Shown in pieces: positions 13,091 to 25,770 of a DNA stretch of 64,000 nt (positions are counted from its first letter, which is position 1; each line of letters opens with the position of its first letter). The notes under the pieces were generated by a model. The model was not told the origin of the DNA and searched no databases. It saw only the letters and a list, made by a program, of their open reading frames with translations. The stretch is from Vicugna vicugna. Lineage: Eukaryota. The position numbers and the translations under genes are program-made. Where the stretch lies: positions 744,001-808,000 of the forward strand of contig MU057724.1 of NCBI GenBank assembly GCA_013265495.1, given 5' to 3'.

Positions 13091-13313
13091 TAAGTCGGTA
13101 TCCGCAGGCCCCAGACTCCCAGTTTACCCCCCGCCCCACCCCCGCCCCCAGTAACTGCGCGTCTGTGTTCTACGTCTGAGCCTCCTTCTGTCGTGTAATA
13201 GTGACCCGCCGTGAAAAAGAGTGTGTGTGTGGATATGTAGTAACTGGGCCACTGTGCTGAACACCAGACACTAGCACAGCGTTGTAAGTCAACTCTATTT
13301 CCGTTTTTAAAAA
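13091..13313. mobile_element. Short 5'-inverted LINE-1 3' end (artiodactyl-type tail)
   Basis: 13091-13200 is antisense L1 3'UTR (ccagactcccagttt...cagtaac...tctacgtctgag). 13205-13313 is the sense L1 terminus (tgaaaaagagtgtgtg...caccagacactagcacagcgttgtaagtcaactctat...aaaaaa). Confidence 0.7.
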
Positions 13314-15609
13314 ACAGGGAGAAGAGAATTAAGTTGCAGACTGGTTTCCAGCAGGTCCGGGTGGGCAAGGTCTTACTTTTTGGCTCCTACCCGTGGATTC
13401 TTGTAAGGACGGAAATCTACTACGGGGGCAAAATCCGTGTGGACCATGTAAGGTCGACGCCAAAAAACTCCCTTCCTCAGTCTTTACATACAAATTCAAA
13501 TCCGGCTTGTGTGAAGGTGGACACCGCTTTGATGGTCTCCCAGCTGCGGACCCTCCGCTACAGACACAAGACCTGAGGTGAACCAGCGGCATGTTTTCCT
13601 GCTCCGTTTTCTTTCCTCTCGCCCTTTCCTGCCTTGGAGAAGCTGACGAGGATGAGAGTGGAGTCTCGTGATGGGAAGTGACCGGAACTAGCGGTATCTC
13701 TTCGCCTGAAATGTAACAAACGCGGCGACGTAGAGACTCCCTGAGCGGAGCTCCGGGGCTTGCCGCTGCGGGCTTCCAGCCGGGGCCGGGGCAGCGCTGT
13801 CCCCCCGCCCACGGAGGGCTGTCACCCTCTCCAGCCCCTGCTTGGAGCGCTTCAAGGCAGAGCAGTTTTCTCTTGGAGGCAGCCCCCGCAGCGCCTTGCC
13901 CCTCCTTCGCTCCCGAGCCGCTCGCTGCCTGAGGCAAGATGTGGACAATCCGGGGACTCCTGGTCCTCTGCTCACACGCGGGGCCAGCGTTCTCTTTCCA
14001 CTGTTTGATGTAAATATTCATTAATATTTTGATAGCAGCTCCAAAGGGAGGAGGCTGGGGTCACCAGCAGAGAACGCCTCATATTTGGCAAAGGAAAAAA
14101 ATCAGGTCTTTCTTTTTAAAAGTTGTTTTGATGACCTGGCAGCAAACACATTATTCTCTTAAAAGAATCCCTGGTGTTTCTCACATTGTGGGCAAGTTTT
14201 GGTGAGCACGAAGTGTATTGGGATTTTTTGGTACGACGCAGACGTTGAAAGCATGGGCTGCGAGTCTGCACAAATGCGTGTTTGGTTCCTAGTGTGACAG
14301 TCCCCAGACCCTGGGAGTGCAGGAGCTGGCGTCTCCACGCAGCCCGGCCGCCCCGGACTCAGCCAGTGGGACATGAGCGGGACTCCCACCTCCAGCACTG
14401 TGAGCTACACGTCTGTTGTTCTGAACCCCTAGCTTGTTCTGGTGCAGCTGGAAGCAGACACGTTGGCTCTTTGAGCTCCCAGTGGGGTTTGTGTGTGAAC
14501 GGTGCTGGGCACCCTGACAGGCAGCCGTTTCCGGAGCCCCAGGCCCCAGGCAGAAAGATGCTCTCAGAATTCCCCACCGCTGTGTGACGGTTGGCCTGTG
14601 CTGACCCTCCGCCAGCCAAGACATGGACGATGGGAAAGCCCGCCTCCTTCTTCCTCCCCGCCAGGGGCCCGGCCGGAGCCCCAGCCTGGATGTTCACCAT
14701 CTTCACTCAGTGAGCCGGGCTGACGACCGGGTGTCCCGAATCACTGTCATCTTGGTTTTAATCCAGCGTGTGGAGCTTTGGGCCCCTTGGGAACTTCAGC
14801 TCCAAGACCCTGGGGTCGGCAGGGAGCTGGGGAGCCCTTGAGATGCTCTGGAGACAGCACTGTCCTGAGGTCCAGGCCTGCGGTCCCGCTGTGGCTGCCA
14901 GAGCTGGGTCTGAGCCGCGCCAGCTTCCTCTGTCTGCTCCCCTGAGACCACGTCCAGCCTCCTCCCCTGACACACTGCCTCCAGCCGATTTCAAGCCTGT
15001 TCTCGGAGTGGCCCCGGCGACAGAAGGGCTTCTGACGTGCGGAGGGCGGGCTTCCCAGGGAGCCGTGCTGGGTGATGGAAGGCGCGGTGGGCACGCCATC
15101 TGGGGATGGGAAGCGTCCCTCCCAGTGGACAGCGCCCTGGACGCGGCTGTACTTCAAATCCGCTCGCCGAGTCTTGCCGTCTTGATGTCTTTAACGTTCC
15201 AGTTCCCCTGCCAGCTCTCAAGAGAGTGACAGGAGTGCACTTTCTCCCCCAGGCTCTGTAGCTGCCAAGGAAAATAGCATTTGACATTTTACCACTGTAA
15301 TGATTTGTTCAATGAATTGCGGAGAAAAAGTGGGAAGTGAGAGCAACGCTGAGGTTCATGCAAAGGTGATGTTGATGGCGGGGCGGGGCCGGGGCTCCGC
15401 CAGCAGCACCATTGGGGCAGCACCCTCCCGGGCCTCCACCCGTGAGCCCTGCCTGTGGGGCCGAGAAGGACAAGTGCCCCCCAAGACCGCCCCCACCCTA
15501 GCTCTGGGTGGGTGACCCCACTAGTGTCCTTCTGTCCGTCTGTCCCTCCCACTGCACACAAGTCAGGCACCTTCTGGAGACTCGTGTGGGGCTGGGTGAG
15601 ACCATAGGA

Positions 15610-15811
15610 GTGTGTATGTACCTACTACATACGTGTGTGCACGTGCATGTGTGTGTGTATGCCCGTGTGTATGTATGTTGTGTATATATCTGCATGTGTG
15701 TATGTTGCATGTGTGTATATGTGTGCATTGTGTACGCATGTATGCATGGGTGTATATGTGAGCATGTGTATGTGAGCATGTGTGTACGTGTGTGCATGTG
15801 TGTACGTATGT
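15610..15811. repeat. Degenerate (TG/TA/CA)n alternating purine-pyrimidine microsatellite
   Basis: About 200 bp of gtgtgtatgtac...gcatgtgtgtacgtatgt. Confidence 0.95.
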
Positions 15812-17327
15812 ATTTTCTTCCCGCATGCTGTTTACATATGAGGGGACCCTGGGCGGAAGCGCCCAGCCGAGGCAGCTGCATGGCCACAGCTGCACCCTCT
15901 TCCTACTTTAACCCTTTGCATCCCTGACTGTTTCTCTGAGGAGGAAAGATAGAGCCTTAAGGCTCAGATTCCTTGTGGGTAACAGAGCAGGACTTTCTCA
16001 ACGGACCTTGCGGCATCAGTGCTCAAATAACAGCAGGGGTCATTGTCCTGTGGCAGCATCAGCGACCAGGCAGGAGGTTCGGGGAAGAGGAGGGCCCTGT
16101 GCCGGAGGAGCTGGCAGGCTGGGGCGTGCACCGCATTCCTCCCGCAGGTGCCAGCTTCCCGCTTGGGTCCCCAGGCCAAAGCCAAGTCCCAGCCGTGACC
16201 ACACACCCCCTCCCACCTGGGTGGATCAGGCTGGACAGGTGACCGCTCTTCTCTGTTCTGCCATCACAGGTGCCGCATTCCTGAGCACAGCGTCACCCTG
16301 GCCCGTGCTGGGTGGGGTGGGGGGCCTGCCCCGCAGGGAGGGGAGGGCTGGGCGCCAGGGCGTTGGCTCAGCCTGGCCTCACTGTCCCTGCAAGGCAGGC
16401 TCAGGCCATGACGAGGTGGAGATTCAGTGAGCTCTCTGGAAAGGACCAGCGTCTGTCCACGTGGAGTCTGATGACGGTTTAAAAAATTTCAGACGACATC
16501 AGCATAAAAAGTCAGTTTCGCACATGCCTGTTGGAGGGTCTGCGGGTTTCTTTCTCCTCCTGACGCCTGCTCCCTGGAAGCCAGGGCCCAGCCTCGCTGG
16601 GAGGGGCTCCACAGTCTCACAAACCCCGGGGGCTGTAAGTGAGAGGTGTGGAGGCCAAGCCCGCAGTGGGACCCACCCCGTCACGTCCTCGGCCGTTTTC
16701 CCGACAGTCCTCGCACTGAGATGCCACGCCCACCAGTGTCCACACCAGGCTCAGCGTCCCCCAACGGTCGTAACCTTTCCACCGCCAGACGCCCTGTCTC
16801 TGAGAAGGTGCTGCCCACGCCGCGCGGCAGGGACAGGGGCCTGGTTACTGCTGCGCGGGCAGCTGTGAAACAGAGGGGGCTGGGGGAGCAGTGGGGGGCT
16901 GAGGTGGTGAGAGGACAGACAGCCTGGACCACGGGGTGGCTTCTTGACCCAAGAGTGCTGTGCCATCGGTCGCTTGCTAAGTGAGCGGTAACACACCAGC
17001 TCCTCAGCAGCAGGCTGTTCCCACTGCCGTGAGAGATGTATGTCGCTTTCTACAAATCCCCCTCAGCCCTTACGTTAGACACATCCTTCTCATCAGACTG
17101 ACCTCCATGCTTTCAAATGGTTACAAGGGAGCCATCCCACTGCCCCCGGTTGGTGTCCAGGCCTCCACCGCCTGGCCCATCTCTCTCCCACCTTCCAGCC
17201 CCCCGTCCCCCACCTCCAGTGCACCCCTCGCCCCTCTGCCCCCACACGGGACTCAGTCTGCTCCGTTCTGCTCTCTGGAACCCCTCCCACCACGTCTTGG
17301 TCGCCTCCTTCTTAACCCTCTGAGACG

Positions 17328-17790
17328 TTTTCCTAACAGACCTTATTTTTCAGGACAGTCCTAAGTTCACAGCAGAACTGAGAGGAAGAGGCCGAGATTT
17401 CCCACGCCCCTCCTGCCTCCTGCTCACCCCCGCCCATGGTCAGCACCCCCCCCAGATGGCAGGTCTGTTACAGTCCATGAACCACACTGACACGTCATGA
17501 GACCCGGGTCTGGGGCTCACTCCAGGGCCCGCTCTCTGGTGCGCAGCCTCTGGGTTTGGACATGTTGTGTCGTGTATCCACCCTATGGGACTTCTTTAGC
17601 CCCCAGGCGATCCTGACCTCTTGCTCACCTACCTGTCTGCCTGGCGGTTGTAAGGGCTTCCCTCGTGTGTGATTTCCTTCCAACGCCACGGTTTGCTGGG
17701 GAAGCCCTGCGTGGTTAAAACGTCCCCATCCCCGGGGACGTGCTTCAGGGCGCCCTCTGTGGCCATCGGAGGTCGGTGTCAAGAAGTGTT
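17328..17790 (-). mobile_element. LINE-1 (L1MC-like) 3' end
   Basis: agaccttatttttcaggacagtcctaagttcacagcagaactgagaggaag...gagatttccca...ctgacacgtcat...gggtttggaca matches the recalled L1MC1-type tail. Confidence 0.65.
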
Positions 17791-18028
17791 TGCCAGTGCG
17801 ACTTTCCTCTGTCCACCCCGTGGCCCACACCTCCTCCTGTGTTCTCTCCTGCGCAGGTCCGTTACTTGTCGCGCAGACTTTAATCCCTTCTGTTGCCCAG
17901 TATTCTCTGCAGCTGAACTGCCCGACACGGCGCTGACCGCAGGGGCTGTTTAATTCTGAAGGACTTAAAGCTGAGTCATGTGACAGTTTAGCTCCTAGTG
18001 GGCCAGCCACGTGTCGTGTGGTCAGCGT

Positions 18029-18070
18029 GTACATGTGTCATGGCCACTAGTACGTGTGTCATGGCCACTA
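18029..18070. repeat. 21-bp tandem duplication
   Basis: gtacatgtgtcatggccacta / gtacgtgtgtcatggccacta. Confidence 0.9.
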
Positions 18071-19119
18071 TGCTGGTCAGCACTGATTCCAGAACATTCT
18101 CATTATTGCAAAAACCCCTGGGACAGCATTGCCACACATTTAAAGGTCACTACACATCATGATCTTTTAATGCTGGAAAACAGGCCAAAGGCCCCACACT
18201 CTGCCCTGACAGTGAACTGTGAAACGTCCACTTTCCCTTCCAACGTTACCGAGCCAATAGGTCGCCTTATAGCAAACCTTGTTCTGCCTGGAGTGTGACC
18301 GTTCGATTTTGGTAGCATTTTCTTTCTTTCTTCTTTCCTTCTTCTTCTTGTTTATCAAACTAAACAGAGTGTTAAAACCCAAACGGTGTTTATGCATTAA
18401 GTTCATACTCTGGAACAGATGAAAGTTGTCTCCTAAAAAATGGGAGACCCAGTGCGAGTAGGGGTCACAGACGGAGGCCTGGGGTTTTGGTCGGAGAAGA
18501 AAGTTCGGGCATGTTTATTATCAATTTGTAATTATTTGACTTCTGCTTTCACAGAGAGGGAGAAAGTGGCCTCCTTTTAAAGGAAGATGTAATTCACTTC
18601 AAGTTCAAAACTACACCCAACAGAAACAGCTGTGTCCATATGCTGCTTCGAAATTATTTTCTAAGTAGTGACACTAAAATTAAACTTTATGTTGGAAAGA
18701 AACCCACCGCTGCCTGAGGACCACGGGCGCCCTCCTCACAGACACGCCTTTACCTGGGTTCTGCAAGACCCCCGGAGGGGGCAGGGGCAGGTGGGCCAGG
18801 GTGCCAGTGCCTGTCACGGTGGGAGTCACGGGCCGCGCAGGGCGGGGGGCGGGACAGGCCCTCTGACTCACGCTCGCGTCCGCCTGATGGACTTCCCTTC
18901 CTGCTGGGGAACCAGGACATTTCTAGAACCAGCATGCATTCTCTTCACCTCTGACACCTTAAGAGCCAGAAGACCGTGGTCATCTTCTGTGTTTCTTCCT
19001 GATTAAGATCAAAGTGAACTTCCTCATGCTTTGCACTGGGTCTGCTGCTTGGAAAAGCAGGCTGGCTCCTGGAAGCTCTGATACAACATTCAAAGGACTG
19101 GGTTTGAAAAAAGAATTCT

Positions 19120-19475
19120 CTGGAAGGGTAGTCGACTGGCAGTGTCAGTGTCAGGTGTCCAGCAAAGCAACTCGGTTGCACATACACATGTGTGCACGTG
19201 AACATTTCTCAGATTCTTTTGCATTCTGTCATTGCATGAGATTAAATCTAGCTCCCTGTGCTCTGCAGCAGGCCCTTGTTGTTTATCTGCTCTGTGCACA
19301 GTAGTTTGTATCTGCTAATCCCACGCTCCTGATTTATCCGCCCTCCCCCTCCCCTTTGGAAACCGTGTTTGTTTCCTGTGTCTGTGAGTCTGGCTCTGTA
19401 AATAAGCTGATGTGTGCTATTTTTTGGCTCCTTAGGAGAGGTGAGGTCATATGCTATCTGTGTGCTCTGACCTCA
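19120..19475 (-). mobile_element. LINE-1 3' end (L1_Art/L1MA9-like)
   Basis: tcaggtgtccagcaaagc...tccctgtgctctgcagcagg...tagtttgtatctgctaatccca...gtctgtgagtctg...gtaaataag. Confidence 0.75.
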
Positions 19476-21029
19476 GTAGGGAGGCCTGTGTTCAGTGGAC
19501 TCTCACCTGTCCCCACAAAGCACCCCAGGTCCTGGAGGAGTAAGCCGGTCTCAGTTCAGCAGACAAATGCAGGTGCCGTGATGTCATCTTCCCCTTTGCT
19601 TTGACATCAGTGGCTCTGCGGCCACGTTTGTTTTCTGTGGTTCGGCTCCTGCCACGTGAGGCCCAGCAGACCCGGGACCACGTCACATGTGGTTCCTTCA
19701 TGGACGACGATGTCTAGGGTTTGCAGGGCAAGATCTTCACACGGATATTCAAGTCCAGCTTTCTTTTTTCTCTCTTTTTTTAAATTACCAGTCAGGGGAC
19801 TTGATATTTCCAGACACACTCAAGCCTGCCCCTCTCTTCCTGCCGGACAGACACATGAACGCTCAGCTCTGCTGTCTGTGAGCCGGCTCCTTCGGGGTGT
19901 TCAGGTCCGCACAGAGCAGCGGACTCCCCAGCCCGAGAGTGGGGAGGGGCCTGGGGGCACGGGGACGCGGTTCCACAGACACATAAGAGCCAGAGAGGAA
20001 AACGTGCAGGACACTGCTCCTCCGGGCGGGTCCTCTTCTCAACAGCGGTGTTTCCTAAGCAGCAACTTTGCTGAGAAGAACTTGTTACTCACGCAGCTGT
20101 CAGCGGAGGGACTTCGCAGTTTAGGGCCACGTGGTGATCATACAGCTGGTCTGTAAGTTGGTTGTTTCAAAGGTGGAGTTCGTTTTCTTGTGGAAATGAT
20201 GTTATTGGCAGTGGCTGTGTTCCCAGGTCCGCCAGTAGGCTCAGGTCTAATCCTGGGAGAGGGAGATCGGGTTCCCGGCTGCCTCCAGTGACCCGGGTCC
20301 CGGGGAGCCCACCCCTCTGCGCCCTGCCAGCAGGGGTGGGGGCAGGCAGGGGGGACCAGACCGGAGTCCTGGAGGCCAGGCCCTCTCCGAGGGCTCCCAG
20401 GTCCAGATCCTGGAAGCAGCCGCAGGGGAAGGGGGCCCGTGATGGGGCTCCTGGTGGCACTGGCTTCAGGCTGGGAGGGCTGGGGGCGCCTCTGGACACG
20501 CTGACTCAAAAGCACTGGATCCTGAAAGTGTGCGTGTGACCCACAGAGAGGCAAGAACATGAAAACCAAGGAAGGAGAGCGAGGACCCAGACAAGCACGT
20601 GGCGACACGGCCCACCCCAGCCCTGCGTGCCGCTGACAGCCCTCGGTGGCCCTGCATGTGCCAGAACAGACAGAAGCTGGCGGGAGAGGATACAGCGCAG
20701 CGCCCAGCAGCACGCTGCCTGCGAGAAGCCCTCCTCCGGCTCCCAGGGCGCACGAGGGCCAGGACGCTGGAGTGGCTCCCCGGGCGGGTGCAGGCTCTGC
20801 GGGCGGCAGCCGGTCCGGGGTCTCCGACCCCCCGGGCGGAGGACTACACATGGGCGGGGGGCCTCGGGACAGGAACGGCCTGGAGGTGACCACCCGTTCC
20901 CACGGGGCTGCAGAGCCCGGGGCACTTGCCACGGCGGAAACAGCAGTGGGGGTGCCTGAGGGGCAGGGCCCGCTTTGCATGCTAGCCAGGCCCGGAGACT
21001 CGTGAGCCCAGGAGGATAAGTACGCCCCC

Positions 21030-21215
21030 AGCCTGGGCCCCGGCGGCCTGGCCTTGTTGGGAACAGGGTCTTTGCAGAAGTGACCAAGTTCAGGGGGGGT
21101 CTTATCCGACATGCCCAGTGTCTTTGTAAGAAGAGGGAAGCCTGGACACAGACAGACACACGGAGAACCCCATGCGACAGCAGGGCCTGGGGTGACGGGT
21201 GTACAAGTCAGGGGG
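21030..21215 (+). mobile_element. MLT1-type MaLR LTR fragment
   Basis: gggaacagggtctttgcagaagtgaccaagtt...gtctttgtaagaagagggaagcctggacacagacagacacacggagaacccc. Confidence 0.6.
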
Positions 21216-24200
21216 CTCGCGTGTCAGAACAGAGTGCCTGACCCCCGAGGGCTCGAGCCGAGACGCGTGGCAGCTGAGAACAAAAACGAGAATTGGTCCC
21301 ATAAATAAGTTTTGTCAGGTGCTGTTCTCCAGCAAGATGCCAGTTCAGCGCAGGTGTGTTTTCTTTGACGTATGAAATGGTAGAGGTGCAGACAGGTCCT
21401 AGACTGGCTGTGATCGGAATGTGCCGCGAAATGAAATCAATGATATCAATGCTTGTTCTTATTAGTAACGCTCGCCAGAAGCCTGTTGTTGAGATCTCAC
21501 TGTGCCAGCCGTGGTCACTGCTGCCGGACGCCCGCCTGGCCGGGGGCCCCGTGAGGCGTCAGGGTCCCTCCTGGTCGGGTCACCGCCTCCGTCCCCCTTT
21601 GAGGAATAAGTAGGAAGAATAAAAGGAGAAGGAGCATTCTTTACAGCTTGTGGGGGTCTTGGCAACTTTCCATCCTCGTCAGGACCCAGTGTGTGGGCTA
21701 CTTCCTCGCTGGGCTGTCTTGCCGCTCGTGCTGGGGGAGGTCGGGCTCCCAGGCCCCGAAGCCAGGGTCCAACTGAACGTCCTATGCGTAAAGGAATTGT
21801 GTGCTCAACGGAAAATGCCAGAAGATGGTCCTGGAGCCCATGTCTGTGTCTGATTATTGATCTGTAGGTTCAAAAAGCAAGGCTGCTTTCCAAACGCCGA
21901 GAGCAGCAAGTGACCGCTGGCAGCACCTGGATCTCGGCCGCTTCCCCTTAGCAGGTCCTGTCACACTGAGATGGGGCCGAACCGACGTGGGCGTCCAGAC
22001 ACCTCGCCTGGCACTGGACAAGGTAGAACCATGTAGTAACGTGGAGCAGGGAGACTGGCCGTGGAGAGGGCGCAGGGATGGAAAGTCATGGAGTGGCCTG
22101 AAGGAGGCAAAAATGTTCTTTATCCTGAAGACTAAGTGATTTGCTCCTACGAAAATAGTGAGAACGAATCCCTAATGGAACAGCTGGTGGGTCTAAACCT
22201 GAAAATGCTCCTTCGGGGCCCCTGCCCTTTCTTCAAAGTCAGCGTGTGCTGGAAACGCAAGAAGAAATTCCTCGATGCCTGTGATTACAGATCACCCCCG
22301 TTCCTCTCATTTTTAGATTACGTGTCACTCTCGAAGGTTTAATCATTTTGGTTCCAAGTTAATGCATTTGGGAGTGGAGATAGAGAGCAAATCCTAAATT
22401 GTTTAAAAAATAATATTGATGCTACACTGCAAGGCTGTGCTGTGTCTCCTCTTCTTTTTTTCTTGTTAAATCTGGCTGGACAGTTTAGGACACTTCCTTG
22501 GTGTGACCCTGGTTAATCAGTGGGACTCTCCAAGGTGGGTTTGCACACAGCTGGTTATGGGTGGTTCTCGGGCGCTGGAGTCCTCCTGGGTTAAGAATCA
22601 GAGTCAGCGGTAACAGTTGCACTGCGATTTTTTTTTTTTTTTTTTACCCACAAGAGTTTGGATTAATAGGCTCGCTGTTCAGTTTAGAAAAAAAAAGTCC
22701 ATTAAGTAGACACATCCAGTCTGTTCTTTGAAATCAGTGTAGCCACAGCCCTCAAATTGATGGTGGGGCTGGCTGGGAGATGGAAGTGCGCTCAGACGTG
22801 GGGGACAGATGGTTTACGTGAGTTGAGATGCAGGGACCCGAGCGTCCGCCGCGCCCTGTCTGCTCAGCCCCCGGCCTGAAGCTCCCGGCCAGCCGGTGCC
22901 GAGCTGACCCGAGGGAGCCTTCACCCCGTCCCCGTCACCCAAAGGTGACAGTGACGCTGGGGGAGTGAACACAGCCAAGCTTTAGCCTTAGATGCGAATG
23001 AAACTCTATCATTCCAATTATCATCTCAAGTTCTCCGTTTCTGTCTGCAAACAAAAGTATCCTGAATGTTACCTCAGTTTATCGTCAACCAGCCAGACCC
23101 TCCCGTACGTGTGATGCTTAAAGAAGTAGTAGCACATTTGGGACCGAAGTTGCCACACGTGGTGAATTGTCCTTTTAATTCAATGCCGGGGACCAAAAAG
23201 GAGAAAAGTCCTTTAAGTGAAACCTTACTTTTGCTTTAAACAGCCCGGATCTTACTGAAAAGACACGTATTTTCCAAACCAAATCAGTTTAAATTTCCTA
23301 CTTTATTTAAAGTGTTTCTCCAGTGAAAAAGATCCCCAGTTTTGTTCTTATCGCGCTTGGCTGCTTCCGTCCTTGCTACAGGTGCTGTCCTATAGTATGA
23401 TGTTCATGTGGGATGTCGCCCGAGGGGGTGGGGTATTGTGATAAAAAAACCACGAACAAAATGTAGCTTCCTGAACAGCCGTCGAGTGCGTTGTCGCTGT
23501 CTGCTGCCAGCCTGAACGTTAATTTAAGCTCTCACGTTGAAACGGAAGGTGTAAATGTGAGCCAGGTGTCTCTGTTTTGTTCATTAATTTTATTACGTTG
23601 GGATTAAATTCGGGTCTAATTTTTTCCTAAATATTTTATTTCCTTGTAGATTCTCCTGCGCTTATAAAAAACAATGAAGTTCCCGGTGCCTTTTGCTCGT
23701 TTCTTCCGGTGCCGACCCTCGCAGGACCGAAGCAGTGTTCCCGCAGCCCGGGTTCTGACCTCAGACGCGGAGACAGAGGCTCCTCATGATGAGACCCCCT
23801 CCCCCAAGGCGGCTCTACCGGAGCGCTCGCCCACGCCTGGCCCGCCCTGCCCTCGCGGCCCCCCACTGCTCTCCACCTCTGTGAACCTGCCCTTTCCCGG
23901 TGCTCAGGGACGGAATCCCACAGCGTGTGGCCGGCTGAGCAGCCCTTGTCCCTCCGCACACCCCCGGCCCGGCAGCTCTGCGTGCGCCCTGGCGCCCGTC
24001 TCTCCCAGTGCTGAGCAGAGCCCCCGGGGGGGGCGGCCTGCGCTGTGTCAAACGGCGCCCGCCGGGGGACGTCGGGTGGCTCCTGTCTGGGGCAACTGCA
24101 CACGAAGTTGCTGTAGACATTCAGGGTCAGATTTCGTGGGACACAAGTTTCCATTCCTCCAAGTTAAATGCCCCAGAGCGCGGCTGCGGGCGCGGGGGAG

Positions 24201-24789
24201 CCGGCTGTGCCGTTTCCTAAGAGGGTGTGGGGTGACCCGGCTTCTGCACACCCACGGCATTCCGTGCTGTCCTTCTTCATTCTAGCTGATCCAGCACGTG
24301 TGTGGGGATACCTCCCTGTGGGTTCATTTCCGTGACAGCTAGAGAAGTCGAGCGTCTCACGTGCACGCGTGCCAGCCGTAAGTCCTCTTCCCTGGAGGGG
24401 CTGTCCGCGCCCTCCGCCGACGGTCTGACCGGCTCAGCTGTGTTCCTGCTGTTGAGGGCGCCCCATGGACTCGAGGCACTAATCCTCTGTATCCAGTGTT
24501 TTCCCCAGATTGGAAGCCCGTCTCTTCTTGCTTCTCACAGCATCTTTGCCGGAGAGTGTTCTCAATGTTTGTCAGCTCCTCCTGGCTTCTTCACACCGCC
24601 TCCCAGGCTGCGGCTCTGTGCGTCTTCCTCAGCGGTCGCGGCAGGAGTCGCCGCGTGGGTGCGAGTCTCGGTCTGCAGGAGCCGCGTCGCACGGATTCCC
24701 GCGAGGGGTGGGAGCCGGGCATCCCCGCCCTCCCTTGACGCACTCACGTTTTCTTTTTTCAATATTTGTAATTTGCTTATTCTCTTTTT

Positions 24790-24955
24790 AAAAATCTTTT
24801 TGACATTTAAGCACAGTCAGTTCAGTGTTGTGTTGCTTTCTGGTGCCCAGCGTCATGTTTCAGCCACACACACACCCAGATATTCCTGTTCATGCTCTTT
24901 TCCACTGTAGTTGCTACGAGACACTGAACCCAGTTCCTGTGCTGGACGGAAGAGA
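24790..24955 (-). mobile_element. Camelid/artiodactyl-type LINE-1 3' terminus
   Basis: aagcacagtcagttcagtgttgtgttgctttctggtgcccagcgtcatgtttcagccacacac...ctgaacccagttcctgtgct; same family as the 58472-58702 copy. Confidence 0.7.
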
Positions 24956-25144
24956 CGTGCGCCTCACTCAGCGTGGTTCTCTGAGGTGTCACTTCAGCAC
25001 ACCAGGCGGTTTTATAAGGCCCGCCGCGACCGTTAAGTGTGACTCAGGTAAATCCCAAGAGGAAGTGTCTGCTCGGTCCACCCCGATCTCACCCATCCTA
25101 AGGTTCCTGTCTTGCTTCTGAAGTTCTGAGCCTTCCTTCATGTC

Positions 25145-25770
25145 ATTTCCTTTCTGCCTGAGGAGCATTCAGGGTCCCTCCTGGAGGGGCTGGCTGGCCG
25201 GCAACACTTGCTCTGAGTTTTCGTCCCAGCCCCGCCTCGTTCCTGGGGGACGTTTTGCCAGTTTCCGGCTCCCCTCTCTCGGCCACGATGCCTTCAGTTA
25301 AGAGATCCGTTTTCAGGCAAATCGGCGTTTCTCTCTGGTGGCTTCTAGCACTTCTCCCTTTGCTTTCACTTTTGCTTTTCTGCAGGTTCACGTGATGCGT
25401 CCTGGCTGGCTTTCCACGGCTCCTCGTTTCAGGTTCTCTTAGCTTTCTGAAAACCAAGGCTGATGGCTTTCACTTCCCGCCTCTGGGACGCTTGCTCGGT
25501 TACTTCCTTGAGACTCCCCAGCCCCTGCCCCTTCTCTCCTTGGGGGCCCTGGTGACCGTTGGCCCCGAGACGCTCTCCACCCCATCCTGCCGGCTCTCCC
25601 TCCTCTGCGCAGGCAGAGCAGTGCTGCCCACTGGTCCGAGTCCAGCGGTCCTCCCGCCGACGGCTCCACGCTGCTCCTGAGCCCACTCGGCCTGGCTTCA
25701 CTCTCCCCGTGGTACTTTCAGCTTTATGATTTCCATTTGTAACTTCTCTTTCTAGTTTCTTCCTATTTTG
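25145..25770 (-). mobile_element. Old LINE-1 ORF1-region fragment
   Basis: ttctgcctgaggagc, tctctctggtggcttctagcacttctc, ctgctcctgagccca, atttccatttg are colinear with the recalled L1M ORF1 antisense sequence. Confidence 0.6.

Noticed and set aside
15498-15927. His/Thr-rich and Val/Cys/Met-rich ORFs
   Set aside because: They are translations of a dinucleotide microsatellite.
20138-21159. 324-aa and 217-aa ORFs
   Set aside because: Pro/Gly/Ala/Arg-rich, open in several frames at once, partly in an MLT1 LTR, with no homology I recognise.
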